64,000 nt of DNA. Source: Neophaeotheca triangularis (lineage: Eukaryota). The stretch lies in the NCBI GenBank assembly GCA_054600435.1, contig BAAIJX010000018.1:186001-250000 (forward strand). The letters run 5' to 3'. Positions 24,041 through 34,715 of the stretch are shown here, piece after piece (within the stretch, counting starts at the first letter, position 1; every line of letters starts with the position of its first letter). Made by a program: the position numbers and the translations under genes. A model generated the notes under the pieces. The model worked only from the letters and a program-made list of their open reading frames with translations, was not told the DNA's origin and searched no databases.

Positions 24041-24327
24041 GATGGCGGTGTTCAGCGGTTTCAGATTTGCATTGTTTGTATGTCGCAGTCGCCGGCTCTT
24101 CCTTCAGATGACGATATCTCTCAATCCGCGTCTAAGCTGACGTCGCGCGGGTAATAGTCAAGGGCTTTGTTGGCGGGTTCGCTGTTTGGATGACAAGTGA
24201 GGTCGCGATGAGACCCAGTAATGGCAAGTGGAAGCGAGGCAAGCAACAGCTGTCCCAAGCTCCCTCTACAAAGCATCACTCCAAGTTCACCCCAATCTAA
24301 CCGGGAACCCTCGTGATCGTGACAGCA

Positions 24328-25206
24328 ATGTCTCCCCCATCACATGAAGAATTACGAGCTGGCCTAGAGCGGGATGGATTCGTAACAGTCCCCAATGCAC
24401 TATCTGACAGCGATTTGCAATCACTAAGAGCATGCTGTCACCGCAGCGCCTCGCTTGCCCGAACAGGGCAATGGCCATATTTCAGGACTCTACCGAAACA
24501 ATTCCCCCCCTGGACCGACGACCGCAGTCAAGGAATTTGGGGGGTACAGCACCTACTCCACCCAGACATCAACGACGGCGACGAGTACGCAGCTTCGTAC
24601 TTCAACGACACTGTCGTTGATTCGGTCTGCGCGTTGCTGCAATGCGACCGCTCCCAGCTGGTCATGGAGCTCTACAACCTCCTCGTGAGACCCGATCGTG
24701 ACTTTGCACTGCGCTGGCATAGAGATGACATAGCCCCTGAGCTCCCGGCTGCGGAAGAGCTGGCGAGATTGCAAGAGCCCATGCTGCACGCCCAGTGGAA
24801 CCTCGCTCTCTACGACGATGCTTCCCTTGTAGTGGTGCCGGGGAGCCACAAGAGGGCTCGCACGGGTATGGAACGCACTGCGGATCCTTGCGAAGATGAT
24901 ATGCCGGGGCAGAAGGTAGTTAAGATGCAGGCTGGGGATTTGGTGTTCTACAATAATAATATACTGCACCGGGGTGTTTACGATTCGAAGAGTGAGCGGA
25001 TGACTTTGCACGGTAGTATGGGTATTGTGGGTGCCGATCCGGCCCGGGCGAGAAATATCCTTCAACATGGTATTGGCGATTGGGCCGTCAAGCGGGACTT
25101 TGCTCGACTTATTCCTCATCAGGCTGAGTTGGCTGAGGCTATGAAGGAGAGACTGATTGCTATGGGCAGTGGTAAGGAATTGGGATTTTTCTCTGCTGGT
25201 GAGTGA
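24328..25206 (+). CDS. Phytanoyl-CoA dioxygenase (PhyH) family Fe/2OG dioxygenase
   Basis: LERDGFV, WHRDD (HxD), VVPGSH, ILHRG. Confidence 0.88.
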   Translation: MSPPSHEELRAGLERDGFVTVPNALSDSDLQSLRACCHRSASLARTGQWPYFRTLPKQFPPWTDDRSQGIWGVQHLLHPDINDGDEYAASYFNDTVVDSVCALLQCDRSQLVMELYNLLVRPDRDFALRWHRDDIAPELPAAEELARLQEPMLHAQWNLALYDDASLVVVPGSHKRARTGMERTADPCEDDMPGQKVVKMQAGDLVFYNNNILHRGVYDSKSERMTLHGSMGIVGADPARARNILQHGIGDWAVKRDFARLIPHQAELAEAMKERLIAMGSGKELGFFSAGE

Positions 25207-25719
25207 GTATGTGTAGTTTGGGCTGTAGAGTATCCTGCAGAAGGCATTGAGCCACTCGGCTATGATCAATCTGAGTCCCTGACCAAGATGAGCCCCCGTA
25301 TAAGTAGAAATTCAATACCGTGATGGCTGAATCATTTCTTCCCATCTAATAATTCTTCGCCTGTGCAGGGTGTCTCGACTCAATGCTCTCTCCTGACCCG
25401 CTCTTCATGCCTGCTGGCCTACAAAACACCTATTCAACCCTAGACGGCAGAATAAACGTCGTCTATCCGGCACCGTCTGACCATGTGGCACGCTCCCCGT
25501 CTCTTCGTTGCCACGAGGGAGATAATTCGACCTCATCTTGAGCCGGCTATAGATTAGATAAGGGGCGTATTCACGTGACCTGGAGATAGCAGGCTGCATC
25601 CATTCATTGGTGTTATCTTACATTCATTATTATAGGTAGATAGTAGTCTTATCTTTCAACCGCACCTCTTGTCCTCTTCCTTTTCTCGCCTTCTTAATGC
25701 TTGATCGAATCGTCTCATC

Positions 25720-25737
25720 CTCTCTCTCTCTCTCTCT
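25720..25737. repeat. (CT)n microsatellite
   Basis: About 9 CT units. Confidence 0.8.
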
Positions 25738-26215
25738 TTCTCTTCGACACGTCTTTCATAACCTAGCCCACGGCAGGTACCTACCTTAGGCATGGGAATG
25801 ACAAATTGCCAGCGACATGGAACGAGCCGAGCACGTGAGCTGCCCGCATTCTACCTCATAACTGTTACGTACTCGATTCCTCCAAGCTACCAGCCGGAGG
25901 TCTGCCTGGTTCCCTTCGGTGCTCCACGAAGCCGAAGCCGAAGCCTCTCGAAGATGACCAAGAACAGGAGAATGGAAGCCTTTGAACCAGCAACATACGT
26001 TCGCCTCGATGCGGCGTCGAAAACAACTTGTCGCTGCAAAACAAAACAACAGATGGATGAGCACCCATTCCTCAATAATGGCTGAAGGACCAGGGTAGAC
26101 CGCGACCATCCAGGGTGACAGTTGCGACGTCAAAAAGTAGAGGCCGTGACTTCCGAGGAGAACTCCAACTCAGCCTAGTAGTAGGTGAAGTAGTACTCAC
26201 TCAGGTCTGAGTAGT

Positions 26216-26246
26216 GTGGGTGGTGGGTGGTGGGTGGTGGGTGGTG
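26216..26246 (+). repeat. (GGGTGGT)x4 heptamer repeat, G-quadruplex consensus
   Basis: GGG-TGGT-GGG-TGGT-GGG-TGGT-GGG. Confidence 0.85.
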
Positions 26247-26575
26247 TCTGTGTCCGCAATACGTCCGCTAATACCTTAATAACTTATGGTGCGGTCCAAC
26301 GGCAAACGCAATAGGATTCACTCCAGGCTATGACCATTGCTATGTGAGAGAAGAGACGACAGACTTCTCTCCTCCTCCCCCTCCTCCCCCTCCTCCTCCT
26401 CCGTCATTGTAGCTATTTCAACCCGATCTTTGTTCGATTGATTACCTTTTGTATTGCTTGCCGCAAGGCTACTCGCCTTTTGGTTTCAGGCGTATATTGA
26501 CCACCAGCTACTACCTTGCCTCCAAACTATCCAACGTCCAGCGAGCGAACGAGCACCGCCAGCTCAAAAGCAACC

Positions 26576-27502
26576 ATGAAGGACACCACCTTCAACCGCC
26601 TCAACTTCAACATCGATCACTACCTCGACCCGTACATTCCACCAAACCTCTTCGCCCATCTACCTAGACCCATCGCGCACTGCTTCGGTTACCGCGACAC
26701 CCCGCACAAAGAGCCTCCGGCGCTCGTACAATGGGTCTTTGCCTTCATCGGTACCTTCATCGGTATCCTTCTGGTTGGCGGCACATATGCGCACGCCCCG
26801 CTCCTCGACCGCCTACAGCCGCCGCCCATGATAGCATCTCTAGGAGCTAGCGCCATCCTGGACTACAACGCAGTTCGCTCGCCGCTCGCACAACCGCGCA
26901 ATGTCATATTCGGGCACGTACTATGCGCAATCGTCGGAGTATGCATCAGCAAACTCTTCCAATTGTCGTCCAACTTTGACGAAATCTCATGGGTCGCAGG
27001 AGCCGTGTCGACATCATTGGCAAGTGTGCTGATGAGCGCGACGGGGACTGTACATCCACCCGGCGGCGCGACGGCACTTCTCGCGTGCACGAGCGCCGAA
27101 ATTAGAGAGCTGGACTGGATGTTCATTCCGCTGATCTTGCTGGGGAGCATCTTCATGCTCATCATAGCTTTGATGGTCAACAACATTGCGAGACAGTACC
27201 CGGTCTATTGGTGGTCACCTCAGGAAGTCGGGCAGAAGTGGAGGAGACGAAAGGTTGCGGACGAAGAGGCGGAGAAGGAGATTGAGAAGGAGCCAGAGCA
27301 ATCCGAAGACACAGCAAGCAGCAAGCGCAGTCTGCAAAGGGAGTTGAGCAATCTCACAATGGTCGAGGGGGGACGACGAATCATTCTGTCAGGGAACACT
27401 GCCGAAATGCCAGACTACTTCGAGCTCAGCTCCGAGGAGGTGCGAGTGCTGGAAGCTTTGCAAACGAGATTGAGTGCTCACGACGAAGTTGGCATCAGCT
27501 GA
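26576..27502 (+). CDS. HPP family integral membrane protein
   Basis: SLGASAIL, SPLAQPRNVIFGH, TVHPPGGATAL; several hydrophobic segments. The true start could be further upstream. Confidence 0.9.
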   Translation: MKDTTFNRLNFNIDHYLDPYIPPNLFAHLPRPIAHCFGYRDTPHKEPPALVQWVFAFIGTFIGILLVGGTYAHAPLLDRLQPPPMIASLGASAILDYNAVRSPLAQPRNVIFGHVLCAIVGVCISKLFQLSSNFDEISWVAGAVSTSLASVLMSATGTVHPPGGATALLACTSAEIRELDWMFIPLILLGSIFMLIIALMVNNIARQYPVYWWSPQEVGQKWRRRKVADEEAEKEIEKEPEQSEDTASSKRSLQRELSNLTMVEGGRRIILSGNTAEMPDYFELSSEEVRVLEALQTRLSAHDEVGIS

Positions 27503-27673
27503 AAAGGAAGCGCCATTCTAGCAAGTATTTGTACGTTTAGAGAGGAGCGCTCTCTGCGTTGATACATTGTCGATAGCGTGTCTCTGTAACCAATTCCGCG
27601 AAATGCTTTCATTCATACAAGTCGTAGCGACGCCTGCGCTGTCGAATCACCTCTCCCTCTCCCTCTCTCTCTT

Positions 27674-28362
27674 TCACGTCATCCTCTCTCCATCCGGCAC
27701 CGAGTCCACAGCCTCTTCCCTGTGCTTCAAGTAGTCCACCCTAAAAGGGTTCTTATCCGTCTCCTCATCCCTCTTCAACGGCGTCCACTTGGGATCCTCC
27801 TTGAAAAGCCTCATAGCCTTGGTATACTGCCAAAAGAAAAACAAAGTCAGCAACTCCATCCCGCCACGAACCAACTCCCCTCACCAGAAAAAAAAAAACC
27901 AAAAAGGCAACGGGAAAAAGAAAAAGCCAAGGAGAAAAAAAAAAAGAGAACACCCACATTCCCCTCATCAGTAGTAAACCGATGATAAATACCGGCAGGC
28001 ATAATCAACAAATCGCCCCTGTCGAGACGAATGCGCACCCAATCATCGGCGCGGTCGCGGACGTCGAAATACCCGCCGCCGGCCAGGATGTAGCGGATCT
28101 CCTCGTCCTCGTGCAAGTGCTCGTGGAAGAAGGTCTTGACCTTTTCCTCGTAGCCCGGCAGCAGCGCCGGCGAGATTTCAACCGTGTCGCGGTTCTTGTA
28201 GGCGCGCGCGCGCGCGATGGCGTCGACGCTGGCGAGGTCGTCTGGGAGGTGGTGGTGTTGGATTCCTAGGTCCGTGAGGTGCGTTGCTGGTAGTGGCTTT
28301 TGCAGCGTGTCGTGGGGTTGGCGTTGGTCCTCGGCCGTGTTGTCGTAGTAGTAGGCTTTCAT
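27674..28362 (-). CDS. ADI1: Acireductone dioxygenase (methionine salvage); exons 28362-27958, 27826-27674 (185 aa)
   Basis: [39 protein letters not shown]; 131-nt T-rich intron. Confidence 0.95.
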
Positions 28363-28840
28363 TTTGGGTAGGGATAGGAGGGGTGGGGGGGAGTGGGTTG
28401 GGATTGTGGGTCGTGGGTTTGCTGATTTCGTGGTTGGGGTGTGGTTTGTAGGGTGGTATACAGCACGGTAGGAGGTAAGTAAGGTGATCTTTTTGTCGGC
28501 CACGAGGAGTCGCGACTGGCAGACGTCACAGGTGAAGCGTTTGCCCCGCTTTTCTTTCGACTTCACTTCTGTGGATTGCGTTTACGGACATTAAACTTGT
28601 TGACCGATCTGGCAGGGTTTTGGCTGGAAGCTGCTTCGACAGGGGATGATGACAGCTCTCGATACGCAATAAGTTCTATACGGTGTCGGGGACTTTCTTC
28701 GACACGAATCAAAGGACAGCCAGAAATCGTTGATACAATGCGAGACCACCAGACGCCTTGCTATCCATGCTATACTTGTACAACCGGAACAGCCTTTAGC
28801 TAACCAGAGAAATATGATACTGATACAATTACCCCCTCCA

Positions 28841-31800
28841 TTATTCCTTCTTGTACAGCCAATCCATGTACCCCTCAACGGTCCTAGCACTTCCAACCAG
28901 CGCATCATCATCGACACCAGCATCGACACCGGGGCCAGAAGCGACCCCCTCCACCCCTTTCGCCTCCCCAACTTCCTCCCCAACAACGACCCTCTTCCTT
29001 CCAGTCCTCTCCTCCGCTTCATCCAACTTTCCCCTAAACTTCCTCCCATCCTTGGCCATATCCCTCAACATCTGAATATACGAATCGACCTTGCGCGCCC
29101 CAGTCGGCACGCCCTCGGCATCGAGCTCCTCCTCCCGCTCGCGATCCAAAGCCTCCTTCCTTCGCGCTTTGCTCGCTTCGTACAACGCCCAAGCGTCACG
29201 GGGACTCTTGATCTCTTTGATCAGCGACTCAATCTCCCAGGTGTCTTTGGGGCGGAGCTGCTTGTTACTGATGTTTTCTTCGTTGCCGTTGACGTAGGAG
29301 CGTGTCATTAGAGTTGCCGCGTAGAGGGGTTTGGTGGAGGCGGTCTCGATAGAAGCGGCGAGGGTTTCCATGTAGGCGGTGTCGGCGGAAGATGTCGTGT
29401 CGTCTTCGGGACCAGGGGCGGTGTCGGAGGAGGCGGTCTCGGTGGCTTGCTCTTCGGAAGCTGTCGCGCTGTCGTCCGTCTTGGGCGGCTCTCTCTCTTC
29501 CCTATCCAAGCCCATCATCTCCTTCTCAAACTTCGCGAGCTTCTCTTTGGGAGCAGCTTGGAGCTTCTCGATCTCTTCATCTTCCATGGGCTCAGCAAAT
29601 ACGTACATGGCTGTTGGGTTCTCGCGCGTCTCGAACTGCATTCTCAGACTTTGCCCGGGGAAGCGCTGCGTAGCTCGCTCAAGCGTCTCGTTCAACAAGC
29701 GCAAACTGGCTTTGAACTCTTGATCGCCCAGACACGGATCAGTCTGTCCATGTAAGGCGCGATCCATCTCAGACACCGGCAAGTACTGGAAACCAAAAAT
29801 ACGTTGTACGTTGTGGTAAGCAACGAAAATACCATCCATGCGACCCATGCGCACCTGCAGCATGTATTTGAGCATCGTCGAACGTATCATGTCGTAGTAC
29901 TCGCGTTCGTAGCTTTCGAACTTGCCCTGCATCTTGTGAATCTCGTAGCCAAGCATGGGTTCGAAATCTTGAGCGTCCATGCGAACGGTGAGGACAGCAC
30001 GCGTCTTGAGATCAAACATGCCTGTTCCGGGAAGACGGGGGTCATGGGCGTCAAGCTGCGAGCGCATCAAGAAGTCGCCCATTGTAGTGAATTGAAAGGC
30101 CTCTGGTGCGTTGCGCTCTTCCTCCGAAACAGAACGAGGGTCGCTTTTGCGGTATCGTTCGTACTCGTCAGAGGGCATGGTCAGCAACTTCTCCATTGAT
30201 TTGCCCAGCATCATCAGTACATTGCCCGAGTCGTACTGCTTGTCTGCATCAATCGCGTAGGTATTGCTGTCTTTTTTGTGGCGGAGAAAGATGGCGTTGG
30301 GAGCACGATTGATGGTGGTGAACTTCGATGACGATGATCCAGTAGGAAAGCTTTGAGAAAGCATATCGGTGTTAATGCCACGCCAATCTGACAAGAGAAA
30401 GTGGAAGTGAGCTAGCGTGGCCGTCATGCTTGAAGTAGAGCCCACGTATTTCTTGCTGTGTTCCCGGGCCAGATCAGCGAGAAAGGTGTCCTGGGAGGAG
30501 GATTTGTACTCTTTGAGTGCATTGAAATCGAACTCCATCACTGGCATGATCTTTTGCAGATAAGGGTCAAAGTTGTAAACCTTTGAATGCGGATCTTGAA
30601 GCTGATAGACGCCCGGGTTGAAGAGTACTCGATCTAAACCATAGGAAAGGGCGGGCACAGGTGGTTGTTCAATGTCCAGCGGTTCAACGTGCAGGCTGCT
30701 GGTGTCAATGGTGAGAAGCTGTGACTTGAAATCCGATTGTTCGGTCTCGCTGTTTGGATCTTTAGTATCGACTTGTTCCTGGTTGGGGAGTATGGACTCT
30801 GTGCTTGAACTTTCGCTGCTGGCTACGGCGACCACGTCATGCAGGTTAGGTTCACTATCAGCTTGCACTTGATCAGTAGGTTTCGCTGAATGTTTGTTGG
30901 GTCGCATTGAGGTCTGAAAGGGACTCGGGCTCCCAGGGGTTTCCTGAGTCGGCTTGGAGTCGCCTTTGTTTTTCTTCTCATCAGTTAAGGCCGTCTCCGG
31001 CAGTGACAGCTCATGTTCCAGTGCGTGGAGATAAGCAAATAGAGACAACTTGCTGGCCGTATTGAGCGACCTTCCTTGCTTCAGCGCTTGCATTTTTGCA
31101 TTTTTCCTAGCCCGACGGGCCGATTCAAAGATACGAATGCTATCGGACCTCATCACAACTCTCGCGTTCAGCCCGAGACGCACTTCTTTGCTTGTCTTTT
31201 TGCTTGTGAAGCCGTGATGGTGCTCTAACGCCGCGTTACCATTGGCATTGGGGAGCGGCGGCGTACCGTCTTTCCCGGATCTACTTGGTACTCCACCCTC
31301 AGCCGGTGACTGACGGTCCGATTGTGGACTGGGTACACTTTCGGAGGCTTGGGCGTTGTGCAACGTCGCGAGCGTCTCGCTAGCTCCATCTTTGTCCCCA
31401 TGCGCAGGCGAGGCTCCTTTCACCTCTGTGGACCGGGTCTCTTCCCCGTCAGGCTTAGACGTAGAGTGCTGTGCGGGCTGAGGGTCCGTGGGAGAATGAG
31501 TTTCCCGTGTCTCGGGCATATTGTCATGTTCGGCGACCTTGGCTTCTGCTGCCGGTGTCGCTTGTTCCGTTGCCTGTCTTCCTGCAGGCAAGTCCGAGGG
31601 GGTCTGGCGACGGGCCTCTTCCAACGTAAGATGCGGTTGGTGAGCATTGGAAGCACCACTGCTCCCAAACCACCCACGCTTGAGAGACCGAAAGCTACGC
31701 TTCAGCCACGACCCTCCCTCGTCCTCTTCATCGTTCTTGCTTTCAGGCGTTGACTTGGCCCCATCCTTGGTGTCCCGCACGACCTCACGCTCAGAAAGCT

Positions 31801-33370
31801 CAGCAGGGCTGTCGGCAAACTTGTCATCCTTAGTCTCTGCTTCTAGACCCCACGGTCGATCGTTCACTTTCGTAGGCACTGCTGGATGACGGCTCACAGC
31901 GTCAGCGGCTCTGAGCGAGTCGTATGATATGGTGACTTTGTCTGCGACGACCGGCCCCGTGTCGACCAAACCTCCCCACGCAGGCCTATCCCTGCGTGCA
32001 TCTACGTCATCCACTACGTTCGTTTTACCACGAGGCCTCTGGCTAGTGACGTGATCTCCAAAAGAGAATATAGGCCGATTCGCATGATCGGATGTGGGTT
32101 TTACATTCCTTTCTTGAAGTGAAGACTCTGATTGACGTTGTCCGTTCCCGGCTCGAATGTCAGTTGTTGGGTTGGTCTTGATTCCGGGCTCTCCATTCTG
32201 TGGCGTGTTCTGCGAAGGTTTCCCCGAGGTGAACATGCGAGAAAATGGCGAATCCAGGCTGATGACATTCGCGCCTGGAGACTTTGACGAACCCTTCTCC
32301 AATGAAATAGGCTGGTATCGCTTCAAGTGGTTTCTCTTGGACTCTGTAGTGCCACTCGTTGAATCAGGCTCGTTTGATCGCCTCGCAAGTTCGGCTTGCA
32401 ACCCCGTGACGACTTCCTCGAACCCGCTGCCCTCGATTCCTTGCGGTTCGTCCGTCATCTCCTGGCCCAAACCTTTGACAACCTCCTCGAAATGCGTGTT
32501 TCTTGGCTCCTCTGCCTCTTTCTGACTTTGGTATAGACGTGCAGATGGTACATCCGACTGATTGTGCTGGGCTTTGAGCCTCCAAATACTTCGCGCGGAC
32601 CCATCGTTTTCATTGAGATATTCAGCACTAGTCAAAGGAAGGGGATGGGGCTTGAGGCTACGAGGACTCCTTTTTCTGAACACTGGTTTCTCAAAAGAAG
32701 ATGCTGCGTTGTGAGCGTTGATCGAGGTGGGCCCGGCCGTATTCGCTTCGACAATCCCAGATCCTGTGGCTTGCCTACCTCCAGCTTCCTCTTCAACTGG
32801 CTGCACGGCTGCCGGATCCCGCCTAGCTGCCAAAGCCTTTTTCAAGTCCAAGAATGCGACTTTCGGGCCACCACTATCGTATGCTTCCTCGCTAGGGTCC
32901 TGGTCTGCGCTTTCGCCCCGCCTCCTTGGACGTTCTCTTGAAGTCACTGGCACTTTGGACAATTTCCGATCTCTCATTACTGGCAGTCTTCGTCTTCTGC
33001 GGGATCCCAATCTTGGTGGAGGGGTCATATCTTTGCCATCTGAAACCTCATCACGCTCTGGAGCACCTCCGAGCCTAGTCTCCTCTTTGTGAGGCTTCTT
33101 TGCGGAGGCCTCCAGCCCTTTGGTTCTTGACTCCTTGGTCGGCAATTTCGTGCTCAGGTCGTTGAAGTTGGCGAACCAATCTTCTTGCGCCGGATCATAG
33201 CTGTGCGCCTTCTTTTCTGTGCTCGTGTTTCCATCGCTGTGGGCGACTGGAGAAGTATGAAGTTGTCGGCCGAAGCGCAGAGCTTCCAGGGCCCGTATTC
33301 GTTGACGGTATCTGCATGTTAGACATACGTGTCGTCGTTGAGCGAGAAGAGGGCGAGGAATCGGAAGCAT
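28841..33370 (-). CDS. PET127: Mitochondrial RNA-processing exonuclease Pet127 with long low-complexity N-terminal region
   Basis: LSYGLDRVLFNPGVY, YVGSTSSMT, MRSQLDAHDPRLPGTGMFDLKTRA, QVRMGRMDGIFVAYHN. First ATG (33370) gives an Arg-rich presequence. Confidence 0.92.
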   Translation of the reverse strand: MLPIPRPLLAQRRHVCLTCRYRQRIRALEALRFGRQLHTSPVAHSDGNTSTEKKAHSYDPAQEDWFANFNDLSTKLPTKESRTKGLEASAKKPHKEETRLGGAPERDEVSDGKDMTPPPRLGSRRRRRLPVMRDRKLSKVPVTSRERPRRRGESADQDPSEEAYDSGGPKVAFLDLKKALAARRDPAAVQPVEEEAGGRQATGSGIVEANTAGPTSINAHNAASSFEKPVFRKRSPRSLKPHPLPLTSAEYLNENDGSARSIWRLKAQHNQSDVPSARLYQSQKEAEEPRNTHFEEVVKGLGQEMTDEPQGIEGSGFEEVVTGLQAELARRSNEPDSTSGTTESKRNHLKRYQPISLEKGSSKSPGANVISLDSPFSRMFTSGKPSQNTPQNGEPGIKTNPTTDIRAGNGQRQSESSLQERNVKPTSDHANRPIFSFGDHVTSQRPRGKTNVVDDVDARRDRPAWGGLVDTGPVVADKVTISYDSLRAADAVSRHPAVPTKVNDRPWGLEAETKDDKFADSPAELSEREVVRDTKDGAKSTPESKNDEEDEGGSWLKRSFRSLKRGWFGSSGASNAHQPHLTLEEARRQTPSDLPAGRQATEQATPAAEAKVAEHDNMPETRETHSPTDPQPAQHSTSKPDGEETRSTEVKGASPAHGDKDGASETLATLHNAQASESVPSPQSDRQSPAEGGVPSRSGKDGTPPLPNANGNAALEHHHGFTSKKTSKEVRLGLNARVVMRSDSIRIFESARRARKNAKMQALKQGRSLNTASKLSLFAYLHALEHELSLPETALTDEKKNKGDSKPTQETPGSPSPFQTSMRPNKHSAKPTDQVQADSEPNLHDVVAVASSESSSTESILPNQEQVDTKDPNSETEQSDFKSQLLTIDTSSLHVEPLDIEQPPVPALSYGLDRVLFNPGVYQLQDPHSKVYNFDPYLQKIMPVMEFDFNALKEYKSSSQDTFLADLAREHSKKYVGSTSSMTATLAHFHFLLSDWRGINTDMLSQSFPTGSSSSKFTTINRAPNAIFLRHKKDSNTYAIDADKQYDSGNVLMMLGKSMEKLLTMPSDEYERYRKSDPRSVSEEERNAPEAFQFTTMGDFLMRSQLDAHDPRLPGTGMFDLKTRAVLTVRMDAQDFEPMLGYEIHKMQGKFESYEREYYDMIRSTMLKYMLQVRMGRMDGIFVAYHNVQRIFGFQYLPVSEMDRALHGQTDPCLGDQEFKASLRLLNETLERATQRFPGQSLRMQFETRENPTAMYVFAEPMEDEEIEKLQAAPKEKLAKFEKEMMGLDREEREPPKTDDSATASEEQATETASSDTAPGPEDDTTSSADTAYMETLAASIETASTKPLYAATLMTRSYVNGNEENISNKQLRPKDTWEIESLIKEIKSPRDAWALYEASKARRKEALDREREEELDAEGVPTGARKVDSYIQMLRDMAKDGRKFRGKLDEAEERTGRKRVVVGEEVGEAKGVEGVASGPGVDAGVDDDALVGSARTVEGYMDWLYKKE

Positions 33371-34715
33371 CAGATACGAGTGGTGTCGCACAGTCGCGAC
33401 GATGCGGTGAGATTCGACAGCGGGATAATAATGAGTGATGGCATGAAGCTGGAACTTTTTGGCGACTGGACGGGAAGTAGGCACCTACCTAGCACTCGCT
33501 TGCATAACGATCGGACTCTGCCGGCTTGGCGCGTATAAGTGCAGTATAGTTAAAGTACTGTACGAGTACTTATCATCGATTGCAACGGGAATAGTGGGAG
33601 ATAATCGCTACGATACATACCAACGATAATAATAATAAGAATAGCTCGGGGTGCAGTCGGGTAAGTAGTAGTAGTTGGAGTGCATATCATGCATACCTGG
33701 GACCTGTAAGCCTCTGCAATAACGTAGCACGTGCAGTGAATCTTCGTAGCGCATGGTAATAACCCAGATGTTGCTCACCTTTCAACATATTCTACTCCTA
33801 CCTACAGTACCTACGGTACCGTACCCACGGTCATATCCGAGCATGTCAGAGGGAGACAGGTTTGGCGGAGACTGAATAATGTTTACCCGCGGCATGCTAT
33901 TATTCTCAAAGTTAGCACATGATCTGTCTGTGTATAGTTATACTACCCACTGCGCTACTTTTCGCTCCACGTGACGTTTACAGAGGTAATAATGTTACTA
34001 TCTACGTACAGTACTTATGTTAGGTACCTCCTAGCCGGCGTCCATCAGTGGCGAGGCCGATCGAGGTTACTTTAGTGCAAAGAGGGCTAAAGGCGAAGCT
34101 TGAACCGCACCGCCTCGACCGACCTCATGCTTTGTCTAGTACCTAGTACTAAGTTAGTCCTTACCTTACCTCCACCTCCGCCCAAAACCTCCTTCGCCTC
34201 CCTCGCCTCCCGCGATTACCTTTGGCTATTCTCGCTATTATTCTCGCTGTTAATTACGCAACCCGTGCGCTGTACGCACATGGAGCGAGGTGCTGCCCGT
34301 CGCCCACGCTCTTTCTAGAAGCTCCATACTACTCTACTACCTCCGTACCTTAATCTCTCGTCATACCCGATAGCCTCATTACCAACGCTACCTGTACCAA
34401 GATTCCGCTCCGGTCAAGTCCCGACCCTCCTTCGTACGTCAGTCAGGTCCGGCACCGAACGTCTTCATTGTATTACACCATCATGCCTGCCTCTTCTGTC
34501 CGCGCCATTGCAACAAGCACGGCGTTTACTGCTCCTACACCAATCGCCAGCCCCGCCCCCACCAACACCGCTGTCTTGATCGACCTCACCCCCTCCGCCG
34601 CCGAAGGCTCTTGAGGCACCAGGGCCCTCCTGCGCATATTCCCCGAATCGCACCAATCATACCATCATTGGTTACTTACTTCGTCTGGAAATAGGAGGAT
34701 CACGGAGGATTGGTC

